From: Ascidiella aspersa | Taxonomy: Eukaryota | Length of the DNA stretch: 64,000 nt | Direction: 5' to 3' | NCBI GenBank assembly: GCA_963924565.1 | Contig: OZ004609.1 | Coordinates: 29,822,001 to 29,886,000, forward strand | Shown: piece after piece, positions 23,346 to 37,018 of the stretch | Layout of the letters: each line of letters opens with the position of its first letter | Numbering within the stretch: position 1 is the stretch's first letter | Made by a program: the position numbers and the translations under genes | Notes under the pieces: model-generated | Told to the model about the DNA's origin: nothing | Seen by the model: the letters and a program-made list of their open reading frames with translations, nothing else | The model's database searches: none

Positions 23346-26001
23346 TTTTTTGTAAAATGCTGTTACTTTCCTGTGGAAGTCTTCAATATTAGAAATAAAG
23401 TTATACGAATCGTTTATATATTTTCCAACTTAGATGATACTAAACGAAATCCTCCAAATATTATGGGTCAAAGTTCATGCGGTTCACCAGTTCAAATTCG
23501 TTTCTTTCGACCTGCGAACTTTAATGACGTCATTGCGTGTTTGTCATCACAATGTCGCACAATCGCCAGCGTCTCTCCTAAATTTTTCAAAAGTTTAACT
23601 TTTTCAAACGCGTTTTAATGTTATTGTAAAGTTGCCGTTTGGAAGTGAATACACAACCGGTCTTCGTTATTCGTAACCTGAACATTCCTTGTCTAGTGTG
23701 CAGATTTTGAAAACAAGCCTTTTTAACTTTTTTAATTTATAGATTAGCCTATAATTAGGCTAAAATTTAAAATTTTAATTTTTTTCAAATTAAATTAGAA
23801 CTGAAATTACCGGATGCTTGAAAACTGGAAAACTTACTAGATGTTGAAATAGAAGTACAATAATTTAGTTTGAATCACAGTTTATTCTTTTGAGACTGTA
23901 TAAGTCATACTCACAAGTAGTTCCAACCAAAGAATATTAATTAAAATACGTTATTCCGACTGGGATACTAAAAATGTTGTTGGACAAAGTAGCCTAACAT
24001 GTTTGGTAAATCGTGAATTAGATTATAACAGAATTACAGCATACAAGCAATTCACAAATTAGATTAGAATTAGTATTAGCCGCATTTGCTTTAATTCTGT
24101 TAAATAGAAAACCAGAATCATCTAAAATTCTAAACTGTATCCATCTTACAAGGCTAAGCGAGCAAACATTAATAGCGTATTTCATATTTCATGCGAGTTT
24201 TTTTAAACAAAATCTGCGCGATAAAAGTTATCAAGAGTTTCAATGGTGGCAAACAAACAATCGCTATAATTTCGTGTTTCTTGACAGACATACGGGTTGA
24301 CACATACTATTACTATTTTTTAGATTTTTTTTACCTTTAAAACAGTCTCGAAGTATTATCCAACTAAATATAGACGCGTACATTCCTATCAAAAATTTCA
24401 CCCATTCCTCGCGTAAAAAAAATCAAGAGAAAAAAGTCCGCGGGCATTTATTTCGAGCTGAAAGATAACGGGGAGAAAAAGGTTGGAATCAGGACATGGT
24501 CTCGTATGTCCGCTTCTGACTAGATCACTTGATGCCGGGAAATGCTCAGCGGCCGCGGCGTTGCAACTTTGGTCAGGCTGGACTTTTTTACCAGCAATGT
24601 CCAGGTTCTAATGTTTCGATTTAATTTTGTGACTTTGTCTACTTGAGCAGTCAGGCCAATGTGACTGATGTTCATACTTGTTTGTTTTCTGGCTGGCGAA
24701 GTATCACATTTCGCATTATGTGAGATAAATCCTTGCCACAAGTTGTGATGAAAAACTCGATTCTAAGGAGAGTGCTGTATTTACGCTGAACCACTCCGTT
24801 AGAGATAAACGTAACACGTATATCACGTTCATTTGTGGACTGCTAAAAGCGCTACTTACATAAGAGGGCCTTTTTATCGACGCTTCGCGGTATCGATAAT
24901 AATTTGTCAAAAAATAACGTGCCTTTCGATTCGATACGGACTACAGACGACCAAGCCTGAAATCGTAAGATGAGCTTTTTAGTAGAAGTATATCAGATGA
25001 ATCGAAAAGAAAACTTTATTGCGTATTCCAACAAAACGAGACCGGGGCTTGATCCAAACGAGATGTTACGTCCGGCCGAGTGCTTTTACAAGGCCGATAG
25101 AGATCGCTCTTAACCAAGGTTGGCCGAAGGGCAAAGCAAAGAACAAATTGCAATTTGAAGTCTCGCCTTTAAATACCCATGCATATGGCAACGTTTTCAT
25201 ATTCGGTTAAAAGCTTAAGGTGTGGCCTGTGAATTGACAAAGTTCTTTCAGAGAGGCACAAAGCGATTTTACTTGAAAATTTGCTCGCAGGATTTGCTGA
25301 GAGGTGGCCTTTTTTATATGTGGATGTTGAAACTTTGAACGGTTGAACAAGTAAAAAATATCAGTTTGTCGCACAGAACTAATGTCTTCTGGGCATTTAA
25401 ACCCACGTCATATCTGGGCATTTAGTACATAGACAGCCCAACCACAATTAGCGCCTCAGGTAGACTGTTTTCGAGAAAACTTATGAAATGTTTAGTGTCG
25501 CAATACATCGCAATAACCTCTTTTCTATCGTTCAACAAACATGCGGCTCCTCCTTTGCACGTTTCAGACACGCCCTAAAGTCGCAGTCGTCCACATAAAT
25601 TCACGTAGCAGGTTTTTGGTCTTAAGCGAAGAAGGAAATATTGTGCAGCCATATAAAGTTGTATGTATATAAAGTGAAATGTGCTTAAGTGTTAGTTTTT
25701 TGCAATTTTATTTGACGCACCGCAATCGAATATTCTTTGCTGAACAATAAAACGCAAAGTTTAAAAACCCGAGTAAAAGCAGGATCAGACATTTTTTAAA
25801 GGAATATATATTTCGCCTATACTAGCATTGTCAGTTCCTCAATTCGAATTAATTTTTGCAGAATACAAAGCAAGTAAAATGCTATGTCAGGGACATTCTA
25901 AAATAGCTTTCTCCTCCGATATGGTGTTGTCTCTGTAACGTCCTGTTAATTTACGTTTTTGAAGGTTTTTTCTAAAATTTTGATCTTTGCAAAACTTCGG
26001 T

Positions 26002-29000
26002 ATGACGGCCAGGATAATGAAGACAAAGAAGATGATAAAGAATTTTGAGTTTCCTCCGGTCACCCACCGGGTCATCCTTATCCTCCTCTCCTTTGTGATC
26101 TTTGTCTTTGCTCCGGTCTTCGCCTTCCTCAACAGTGTCCCAGTCAGCGTCAACACTTTCGGCACCAACGTGAAGCTCCTGGCCCCGGGTATGTTATATT
26201 AAAGCTATATTTCTTTATTTCTCTTTCAAAGTTTAACGCAGTGGTTATCAACCGGGATGTCGCAGCACTCTAGGGTGCCATTTTTAAAGCTCAAGGATGC
26301 CGATAGATATTTCAAATTATTTAAGATTCCAATTTTTGCTCTATTGTTAAGAGTCTTGATACAAATTTTGTGTGCGATATGTGTAAAAAATTAAAAAGCT
26401 TTTTTCAACCTTGTTGCACAGTTAATATGCTGTTTCGATCTCGTTTATTTTAACGTTGCAGTTAACCACTCAATTATACGATCAAAGGTTTCGCGAACTA
26501 TTTACAATTTCTGTAGGGTGCCGCAAGCCAAAAGGTTGCGAAACACTGGCTTAACGTGTTTAGTAAATTTAAAAAAACTATCAAGGAGACTTAAAATTGG
26601 TCTTATGAGCGTTCACTTTAAAGATTTGCAGTGTTGTGTTGACATAAGTGTTTAACGAACCTAAGGAGTATTGTAAAAAAACAAGCTGTACTATTCCATA
26701 CAAAATGCCACCAAAACAGCGTTTTATGAAAAAAATGATTACTCTTTACGACGGTCCGTTTGTTAGACATAGTCAAGTATTCACTCGATTCGCATGCAAA
26801 TAATAAAGTCAGACGAGACATCAATAAGTTGAGCCGGATTGATAAAAGCATTTTGTAATATAGCGTAAAATAGGCAAGTCTCATGATGAGGCCGAGTAAT
26901 GAGGAGTGTCCTCTCTACCATTTACAAATGAACACATGGACATAAGTGTAAGTCTTTTCTAAAACCTTGTAGTTCAGAGGCCGGGACAGTGTGTACGTCC
27001 TTAATAAACCTTGCCCCCGAACAGGCCTATTTAAGCACAACATGGAGGTGCTGAGCGACAAGTATCCAATCGACATCACGCCGGCCGGTTGGGTGTTCGC
27101 TATCCTCTGGCCGCTAATCTACTTTTGGAACTTTATCTCGGCCACCTTCATGCTGAGCAGCTTGTGCATCAGACCGGCGAAAAACCCGATATTGCGCACC
27201 GACTACCTTCTGCCCAACGTGAGTGCTTCTGTTCGTATTTGCGACATATAAAAAGTTTTGTTGAACTCCTGACGCCACGATTACTACCTACTAGGGATGT
27301 CAGATACTTGACATTTTATTCCGAAAGCAATGCCCGATATTTTGGACAAAAGTATCGCGGTCCGATCCGATATCAAATGACGTCATAATAAACTAAATTG
27401 AAACTTTCATATGTCATATATTTCACATTGTTGTAGGTTAAAATTAACTTAGGCGTTAAGAATTTAAGTTATATTCAGTTGCCAACCTTTTATTGTGTGA
27501 TGAATTTACCGTTCACTGCAAATCATACCTGAAATACTTATGTTGATTTGGACTCGAATCGACACCGAAAGCACCATGGTTTTGGAATGATTTCCGATGC
27601 TATCATTTGGCATCGGGCATCGGCTCCGATCGGATTTTGTCCTACTTCCCTACTATACATATACCATGTAATATTGTACGAAAGGCTGTAGAAGAGAAAA
27701 GTGCTAGGTATAGTTCCAATACCTAAAGTATCGATTAACCACACATTTTTCCTTTTTGTAGTGCTTCTTCTACTCGTGGATGCTTGCCTTCGCCTCTATC
27801 GTGGGCTGGCTCTTCTCTTTCGACAGCGAGATCTTCGAGCTTTCGCTGTACTTTCTCGCCCAGGCTACGGTGTGCGTTATGTATTGCCTGGCCACATCAT
27901 ACAGGTCGATTCGGCGGCATGTGGCCTTCCTCAAACACCAGCACAAAGGTAAAGTTTTTGTTTTAATTAATGGTCTTTATTGTGAAAAAGCCAGGTTTGA
28001 GAGCTTGACTTGCATTTTTTGGACGATCAACAGAGAATATGCTTTTGTTTGATTTTCTTCGCAAGAAGGCTATCCGGGCGGCTGGAGGCCTGTGAGATCG
28101 CTTATGTACGAGGTGGTACTCGAATCTTGGGGATGGGGGGAACTAGGCAATAGTGCCCACCAAAATAAAACAAGTTTATTTTGACTTTGTAATTGCAAAC
28201 TGTTCTTAATTCTTTCTGTCCTATTTTCGGTCCGTTTCAGCCAAATGTGTTGAGCTGAAAGATACGGTGTACGCTGTCTCGCTTTGTGCAGTATGAAATG
28301 GCATTGTTGTCACGAGGCTGTATTTTATAACAAACCCAACACACAAGCAAAGCGTAAATAATATCGGCTTGACAAAAATGAGGAACGTTTTCGAAGTTGC
28401 AATGGAGAACTAGGAATTGGTAAAAACGATACATTCAAGATTTTTATTATTAAAGAGCGTAAGTTTTTTTTTTACTGAAATCAATTTTGTCAGGGTTGGA
28501 CTCCAATTTCATAATAAGAGTTAAGTTCTGTTCCAACTAAGGCGTTTTGTGCTCATTTGCACATCCATTTGCCATCCCTAATCTTTCAATTTGTCGTTAC
28601 AAGACAACAAATCGCGGAATAAATCGCAAAGTGAGCATGTTACAAGATAACCTAACGTGTTTCGTTAGGTGCTTTGCGAGAACCTTTAACGAGGTTAAGA
28701 TTTGTTGACTCTGGCCTGCTGTGCGGTTCTGTGCGAGCACCCGAACTACGAATGTGGCATTGCCATTATCAGTCTGTTTATTTTGTCTCGGGCGCCAAAG
28801 CAGTCGCGAAACCGTCAAGGGCATGTCGACGCGCATAATGAGCGAGGAAATTTATCTTGAACGCAAATCCGAAGAACAAAAAAAGAGAGCTCGGAGTTAT
28901 GTAACACTGTTTAAATGGTTAAAACAAAACCTCTTTCGGCAATATCCTATTTCTCGTAAAAAGCGGCTTTATCGTTTGAGAAGTTTTCAAAAAATGTGGT

Positions 29001-31481
29001 TCATTTTACATTTGTGATACCCTCTAATGACTTTGAAGCAATCATTTTTACTTTTGTTGTAGATTATGTGTACAGTTCATTTAGATGAAGCTAAGGCCCT
29101 CAGTTCGCATTTCGTCAGATTTTTTTCAAGCTTTGTTTTCTAATCTGAGGATTGCTTATTTACAAGGCCCGAATTTAAGCACGGCTCAGTTTTGCAGCCG
29201 TTTCCTAAACACATTTTCAATAAACTGATTTGTCCAGTCTTTTATCGCATAAGATGCGTGTACCAATCACTTCGGTGAAAACTCATACTTTTACGGGCGG
29301 GGGATAATTCATATTGCTTACAGAGGTCATTTCTCCGAATTGTTGATCAGAGGTCACGGGGCGCGCGAGTTCATCGTTTAGCGCGCGCTATGGTGTTCCT
29401 CCGCTCGTTGCCTGTACAGCCGATCCTTCCGCGCTCGTGTTTATCGTTTATTGTTCGATTTCACGGCGTTGCCGAGGAACGCTTGTATTGCAAGTTGAAC
29501 AATTTGTTTGCGAGTTTGTTTTGACCGTTTAGTCGCCCTGACAAGCGCGACGAATTGCGGGCAGGTCGACATTGCTGACTGGAAAGCAGCTCGACCGAGG
29601 TTTACCGCGAAAGGTCGCCCGATGTTTGCGGTTCTTAAAACTACAAGAACGTCCACTCTTACAGTAGTTACGGGACGACAAAACACAGCGTGCTTCGAAA
29701 TCTGATTTATGCATATCTAACTTATCCGTGGCACGTGGGTATTTTCATAACAAATCCTACAGGTAAATTAATAACAGAGGTGATGGGAGTGCTTTGTAAA
29801 GCCCCATTTAAGTTACTCATCACAAAATGATTTCTATTTACTTAATTTTGGTCTGAAGTATAGCCTTTTAGTTGCAAATGTAACCGTTTGTTTAACCCCA
29901 AGAAACCGTTCCTTCAGTAAGCTAAAAAAATCCCTAAACATTTTTAAAATTCAGTTCGGTAAAATTAAACGCACAATTCATCATATGAAGCCATTATTTT
30001 ATTCAACAAGCAATGCTTTGGAGGTAGGCTATATAACTTACGACTTCTAGGTATTTAAATACCGAAAACTATTGGCGTTATATCGGCCTACTTAATTGAT
30101 TCTTGGTAAAGTCGTAGAAATCTGTTACCAAGCCTCTCGTTTGAAACTCTTCTTTTATAATTATTATATGTCTACGCAGTGTATCTCTATCTCGTGCGAA
30201 TTCTCATCCACAACGGTTTGGGGGTCTTCTGCACCTGGATCACAGCGGCTACTCTTCTGAACCTCAACGTGGTCATCGTCTTCCACGACAGCCCAGGAGT
30301 GTCTGTTCCCGTTGAAAGAGGTAACTACCGTTTCTTAAAAGCACCTATATAAGAATAAACACCGGGAGTCTTATTTGGCTGACTGGTCATATTGAATTGT
30401 GAATATATACAGCATGTTTTACTTATTGTAAAAATCCAGCCGATTTGTGTTTCTTATTTCGGTAAAAAAATTCCAATTTTTTAAATAAGTAAAACAGCAC
30501 TATTTTTTTCTGCTTATAAATTAAATATTTATAGTTCTGTGAACGGATTGAAAAGGTAATGAAATACTGAACCATCATACGAATAGATTCACATCTTATT
30601 GTTTCTTTGCACTTTTTATTTACACTTTATTGTTTCTATGTATATATCGATCGTTGAGTGTATTTATGTTCGAATCAGTTACTGATTTGAGCGCCGAGAG
30701 CAAATTCTAGGAAATTAATGTAATGCAATATTAGGCCTATGGAATATCCCTAATTACGTCCATACACACGGGTAACTTTCGATACTTAATTTGATGCTTT
30801 AATTTCGCTCTGCTTTCCCGTAGGCCTGATTTCGGCAGAGGATTCGGGCACCATAATGCTCGGATTCCTGCTGGCCGCCACCATCGTGTGGTTCATGCTG
30901 GAGAACTTCGTGTTCGAGTCCTACTGCCGCTTCACCCTCAGCATTTTTCCGACTCTTCTCTTCGCGACATCCGGACTGTACATCCGAAACCGGTAAATTT
31001 ATTAATACAAAAAAAACAGCTTTTTTACGATTTGTATACTGTCAGAAGTGTTTTTTTTTTCAGCTTTATTTGAAGCGGAAATTTTAAACGATGTATAGGA
31101 CAAACTTACAATAGTTATTTCGCTTTTTTGCCGTTTAATTATTTTTGAGGTAAAACACATTATCAAACCAATCGCCTTTCAAATACAACTGAATAGGAGT
31201 TGATGTGAACCTTCGAGGATTATTTTAAATCGACTGAGACCAAACTCATTAATTTACAAGGCGTAAAACCTGGCAGGGAACGGTATAGGCTACGTTGCAA
31301 AGCACATCTTTTTAACAGGCGATTTTGTTTGTCCTTCAGGTACGGCTCAGTGGGACGACAAAATCCGATTTTGTCTGCTTGCTTGATGGTGATGAGTGCC
31401 GCTGGTTTTCTTGCAAGATACGTGCTTTTCTTTTACAGATACGCCAGGCGTGTACGGAAACAAACGACGGCCATATGCTAG
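26002..31481 (+). CDS. Uncharacterised multi-pass membrane protein with TspO/MBR-like N-terminal motif, 6 exons, ~339 aa
   Basis: Exons 26002-26188, 27025-27218, 27762-27948, 30180-30320, 30824-30992, 31340-31481, in frame (1020 nt); motifs LSDKYPIDITPAGWVFAILWPLIY, RILIHNGLGVFCTWITAATLLN, WFMLENFVFESYCRFT; about 7-8 hydrophobic segments. An in-frame TGA at 25981 bounds the start, which could also be a slightly later ATG. Confidence 0.88.
26239..26548. mobile_element. hAT-type MITE
   Basis: TIR CAGTGGTTATCAACC ... GGTTGCGAAACACTG; 8-bp TSD gtttaacg/gcttaacg (7/8). Confidence 0.8.
27292..27652. mobile_element. TAGGG-ended MITE with CCGAT repeats
   Basis: Ends TAGGGATGTCAGATA ... TGTCCTACTTCCCTA; internal TCCGATCCGATATC and ATCGGGCATCGG repeats. 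Confidence 0.55.
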
Positions 31482-33276
31482 CTCCAAGTCAACCGTATAT
31501 ATATAGATGGATACTTTTTAACGCAAGGGCATCGCAGTAATTTTCGTGCAATATTTGGCTGTCGTGTTACAAGGCAAGGCGGTCGCCCGCATTTACTCTT
31601 TCATTTAGGTGTCATGTGCACATGCCACTAGTGTAGGAATTGTTTTCCTTTTACGAAATCACAGCTAGTTCGTATTTTACTGCTTCGCTACATAAGCGTT
31701 TATTTTGTTGCCTAGACTTGTGCTGCAACCATTTTTCAAGAGTAAGACTGCATCGAAATTTTACGATAAATTTAGCTGTAGCCGGTTAAAATTCAAGCCA
31801 TTTTTTGTCGTTTTTGTTTTTTAATTATTGTATTCTCTTGCAATTAGGTATTGGCGTTTGTTTTTGATTTAAGTTTCACAAAACTATATACATCTTCATA
31901 ATACGAGAACATGTCACTTTGTTAAAAACAACTGAGCCCCTATAGTTGCGTTTTGTTGTCTTTATTACATATCATGTTGCTTACACTTGGTAACATGCAC
32001 TAACATGCAACAAAGCCATGTCCTGTGCAACGACCATATTGGTAAACTTGCCTGTTAAGGCTGTATACTTAACCACAGTCAAACAAAGGTAAATTTGCTC
32101 TAGGCTTATATTGCGGTCACATTTATCGTTAAGCGACCTCCTTCAGCTTTGGAAAGCCGTGTTGGTGTTGCTTATAAAATTTGCCAGGTGCATTTATCGT
32201 AACTTGAATCGCACTTTGAACACGTACAGAGATGGACAAAAGTACAAATTAAGAGTCAAACGAACAAATTTATCATGTGTTCACGACGTTTTATAAGGTA
32301 CGTTAACATCGCTAAAAAAGTCTCTATAAAAAAACGAAGTCTGGTCACATTAACTCATAAAGGTAATGCAACTTGTCCTTTCACAAAAAACTCAAATGCC
32401 GTCAAGTAGAAATCTAATTACGGCTTGTGATGAACTGTGCATTATGAAACATAGTGGTTATAAGCATTTATATATATTAGTAATCGGCCAGCATTCACTG
32501 GCTATTTCCTTCTACGGTTATAGTGTCAAAATTTTGTTTGGTCATTTAACATTTTATTTAAATAAAACTGATGAAACGTTTGCTAAAGGCTTTTTAGGGG
32601 AGCACTGTACGGTTCTGGTTTGTTAAAACTTATTTTTAATTGTTTTTTTTCTTTTTTTCACCAGTTGTCATGGCCACTCTGAAATCTGTTTGTGTTTTGA
32701 CTTTTTCTATGATTTCTTGCCGTTTTCGCGTAGTTGCTTGTTTTTGCAATAAAACGTTTCAAATGGTCACTTACTTAAACTGTTGATACGCCCTTCTGTA
32801 TGAAGTTCAAATTATCTTACGTGTATGAAGTTCAAATTCGCTTACGTCTCACTAGGCAAAGATAACTCTTGGGTTTAGATTCATAGAAGAAATGCATTTA
32901 ATTGCTTGAACAAAACGGTCAAAAAACAATTGCATTGAAAACGGCAAACGGTGCGGAGGCATGTACATTAATAATTTATAAAAAAACAACTTTGGCGGTA
33001 AATATGAAACTGTGTTTATCACCAAAAACAGAACAGATATGAGAGCACTGAACGTTAATTTCTTTACTTTGTCGGCTATAAGTACAGGGTAAAAGCTAGT
33101 AAACCGATAACGCCAGGACAGGCAAACACACATTTCCAATCTGTGTTAAAAACAACGATAGATAAATACACATTTACGTGTTCAAGAACTGTATCTAGCC
33201 TTTCTGAAGTCTTTTTAACAAACAATAACGGCTTACGTATCATGATGCAAGCAAGTCACGCTAGAAAAACACCTAT

Positions 33277-33352
33277 AGCCTGCAGTGAGGTTTGAACTAA
33301 CGACCTCCGGCCATATTGGGACTGTCACTTAACAGAATGAGCTACAAAGGCT
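33277..33352 (-). mobile_element. tRNA-derived SINE head / tRNA pseudogene (copy 1)
   Basis: AGCCTTTGTAGCTCATTCTGTTAAGTGACAGTCCCAATATGGCCGGAGGTCGTTAGTTCAAACCTCACTGCAGGCT: A- and B-box-like, broken cloverleaf; shares a 23-nt exact 3' segment with the copy at 45721. Confidence 0.7.
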
Positions 33353-33696
33353 ACCTCAAAAGCGCTTTTAAATCATAACGGAACGGTTTAACAACCGAAG
33401 TATAAAAAACGTACACTCAAACTCAACAATTAGCGCGTCGAACGGAATTTTAAGCAAGTGTTTTAATAAAAATAGCCTCATATTCCGGCCTTGGATCAAT
33501 ATTTCTATAGGGAGACGATCTAACTAGCAGTAAATCGCCAGGAAGAATAAACGCGTTTTATAGATTAAACCGACATCCGTGGAAGAACAATAGCTGATGA
33601 GTTGTAAACATTGCATGACATCGGCGAATGAAAATAGGCTTTTTACTTAGAGACAGTTAAGGTTCTATAGCTTGCGTATAGAAGAGTAGCGGTCAT

Positions 33697-36600
33697 TCAA
33701 GCTCTTCTCTTTACAATCAGCTCGAAGGCGGGCGGTCGAAGACTGACCATGCTCACACCCTGCATATCGATGTTGCCCTGTCCGGGAGCCAGTGTGAAGT
33801 CGAACCTCCTTAAGAGCGAGGCAGCCACGGTGAAGAGCTGCATCTTGGCAAGCTGCTGGCCGAGACAGCTTCGAGACCCGACGCTGAACATCATCACATT
33901 GGATGACTTGACGAAGGAACCGTGGGAGTCCAGGTGGCGCTCCGGGCGGAAGACATCCGACTCTGGCCAGAGCTTCTCGTCGTGGTGGATTCCGAAGATG
34001 TTGGTGAGAAACATGGCTCCTTTGGGGATGGTATATCCCATCAGGGTGTCGCTCCTAGAAGCCTGATGCGGCACCGACAGAGGTACTGGAGGCCGGATTC
34101 GCAAGGTTTCCTATATTGTATGGATTAGCAGTGTTATACATTAGCGATCGTATGAACGGTGGTTTAATTAGGAAAATATACAACGAGAATGCTGATTTTG
34201 TCTAAAACCATCCGCGTTAAAATAAAAAAACGCTGAATACAATCTGGACCATTGTGAAAAAGCAATACCCCGTTTAAAGGCTTTGGAAATTAGTTTGATT
34301 GATTCAAACTCGGACCAAGGCCTTTAATACAAAATGTTGGAATCTTTATCACAAATTGTAAAAATATTTGACTGAAATTAGCATTGCAAGAACGTCATTT
34401 GCTATTTGAACCAAGCAGAAGAATCCATGGTATATGAAATTCAAACTCCTCGAGACTTCCATTAATAAACAATAGAAGTAAACCGGAAGCTCATTTGAAT
34501 TGCATTCTGCACAACTCAATGCAACTTTCCTAGTATTCTTAAACTAAATACTTTGTTGCTGTTGAAATTCAGCCTAGCAGATTTCGTACCGGTACTAATT
34601 TACCACTATCCTAAAACTTAGTGCTCCTTTTTGTGGTAGAAGTCAAGTTAATAAATCCGGTATTTCGGATTTGGGAAGGGATAAATTCGACCGGTTGTTC
34701 TTAACATGTTGCTTATGTCAACTAACGGTGTAATTTGACAATTTTAAAGAGGTTATTTTGGCAATGATGCGAAATGCATCTATCACGACTAAAACAAATA
34801 TACCCGTAGTTCACCTTTTGAAATTTATAGGTTTATTTAAATACAAGTCATTATGAGAGGTATTATTGATGAACTTTAGAGGTATTACTGATTAATTAAT
34901 AAGGTTTTATTTTTTTTTATTTACAAAAAGCGAATTTCCATTAAAAAACGTTCTGTTGGGGGGTGATGGCCGAGTCTAAAAAGTTGGGAGGTAAAGGCCG
35001 AATCTAAAACAACTTTAAACCGGAAGCTCATTTGAATTGCATTCTGCACAACTCAATGCAACAAAAACAAATAACAGTAAAACTACCTGAATCACAGCCC
35101 TGAAGTAGGGCACGTTGTCCTGTAGCCGCATCGTGATAAAGCCACTCTGGCCGAAAACGTCATCCAGCTCCTCCTGAACCCTTCTCTGCGCCTCCTGATT
35201 CCGACAGAGGTAGAGGATCATCCAGGTGATGGCGGTGGAGGTTGTGTCCGTAGAGGCCATGAAGAGGTCGCAGACGTAGCTGCTTAATTGCATCCGGGTG
35301 AAGGAGGAGTTTCTCTTCCACGTTGCGGAAGGGTTGTTCTTGGAGTCCTTGAGATCGCCATCTGTGTCTTCCGCATCTTGCTCAACTGCTGAACACGATA
35401 GCTTAAAGGTTTATCATTGCATTGACCACGGCGGAGGTAAAATGCTTGTTATATTGAAACGCAAATAATCACTCATCGATAATTGTATAATAACGTTCCA
35501 AGTTCGTATTCTGTCAAACAAACGAAAAAAATGACTAGGGCAAAATGTCAACAACAACCAAAAGTGTCACGCATTTCACCAGAGCACCAGTATTGAAAAG
35601 CATGCCATAAAATGCTATACAAATAGTAAACTGCATTACAAATTATTGACAGAATATACGCTTCAAATTAAACAAAAGGAGCGACTTGGACCACTAAAGA
35701 CCTAGCAAACACAATCGTAGCCACCTGCATTTTAAGTGTTAAAGCCGATTAAAAGGCGAACAAACTGAACATAAGTTATTCTGGTATTTATTTGTTTGTC
35801 CGACGTTTCGGCTTAATATGGGAACCTCTATCTGGGGAATGCAACACACAACGCCCAACAGAAGAACTTATTTTCGGTATATACTGGTAGCAACAGCATA
35901 ATTTTTTGATTAATTGAAAAAGCCTTGACTTGGACTTAAGTTATTTTACGAATGACTTAAAATGGACTTGTTACAACACTGCCTGTAGCGGTATTTATTT
36001 TGCTTCCCAAATCTTATCTGGTCGAATGTCACTCTAGAAATCGATGTACCGCCAACGGTCAGATAGGCTAAGGCTTGCAAGATAACAGCGGCCCATTACA
36101 CGCCATGCCAAGCGTACAAATATTTCTCAACTTACTGGAGGGTGACTCCCGTCCGGCGCGCTCAATCTCATCTAGAAAGCAGTCGATGAAGTCACGTGGA
36201 TCGCCGGGATGCCGGGTCCGCACGTGATCCTCAATCTCCACCTCCACCAGGGCGTTTAACTCGTCACGGAAGCGCGAAGAATCGCGGACGATACTCCGGA
36301 AGAACGGGAGCACGCGGAGGAAGGGAGCAACCATCATGGCACCGACGAGAACGTGAAGTTTACTGGGCTCGACCATCTTGTGCAGCAGGCGACGAAAGCC
36401 CGTCTTCTCGCTGGAAACCTGGTAGCCGAACACCATCTGCGAGATCACGTTCGAAATGGCGTCGTACACCATCGTGTCGATCTTAAACGGTCGCGAGCTG
36501 CCGTCTTCGAGGCAAAGCCCGTCTAGCTTGTCGCACAGCTCGTCTGCAATCTCGACCAGTCGCGGTTCGAGGCTGCGCTTGCCCATGCCGAACTCGCGGA

Positions 36601-37018
36601 GTGCTCCAAGGCCGAAGCGCCGCTGCTCGAGGTGGAAGTCGCCGCATTTGATCATCAAAATACCAAAGCCGCCTTTGAATATCTCCAAAGGTTGAGGGCG
36701 GTCGCCGAAGCTGGTCGACTTCACGTAAGCCTCGTGAGCCGCTTCCGCGCTGCCAATGACGACCACGTCCTTGAGTCCCATCTTGACCATGCACACGGCG
36801 CCGTACTTCTGTGTCCACTTGGCGATCACGCGTTCCGGGTGAGCGCGCAGCGAGGTGACGGCGCCGATCAGGGGGATTCCCCGCTTGCCGGGTGGGCTGC
36901 CTGGGGCGCGCTGGTTCCAGAGAAGCCAGGCGAGGTAGCAGGCCAGGCCGACCAGTATTACGGCGTCGATTGCCGGTTTGGCAAAGACCGCGTAGAACCG
37001 TTCGTTTTCGGTTTGCAT
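33697..37018 (-). CDS. Cytochrome P450, CYP2 clan (paralogue A), 3 exons, ~532 aa
   Basis: Exons 37018-36136, 35388-35087, 34110-33697 (1599 nt); TM anchor + PPGKRGIPLIG, RRFGLGALREFGMGKRSLE, PRDFIDCFL, I-helix ASTDTT, ETLR, FRPERH, heme FSVGSRSCLG. Confidence 0.95.
34479..35062. repeat. Exact 47-bp direct repeat bracketing a 490-bp segment in CYP-A intron 2
   Basis: taaaccggaagctcatttgaattgcattctgcacaactcaatgcaac at 34479-34525 and 35016-35062. Confidence 0.9.
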
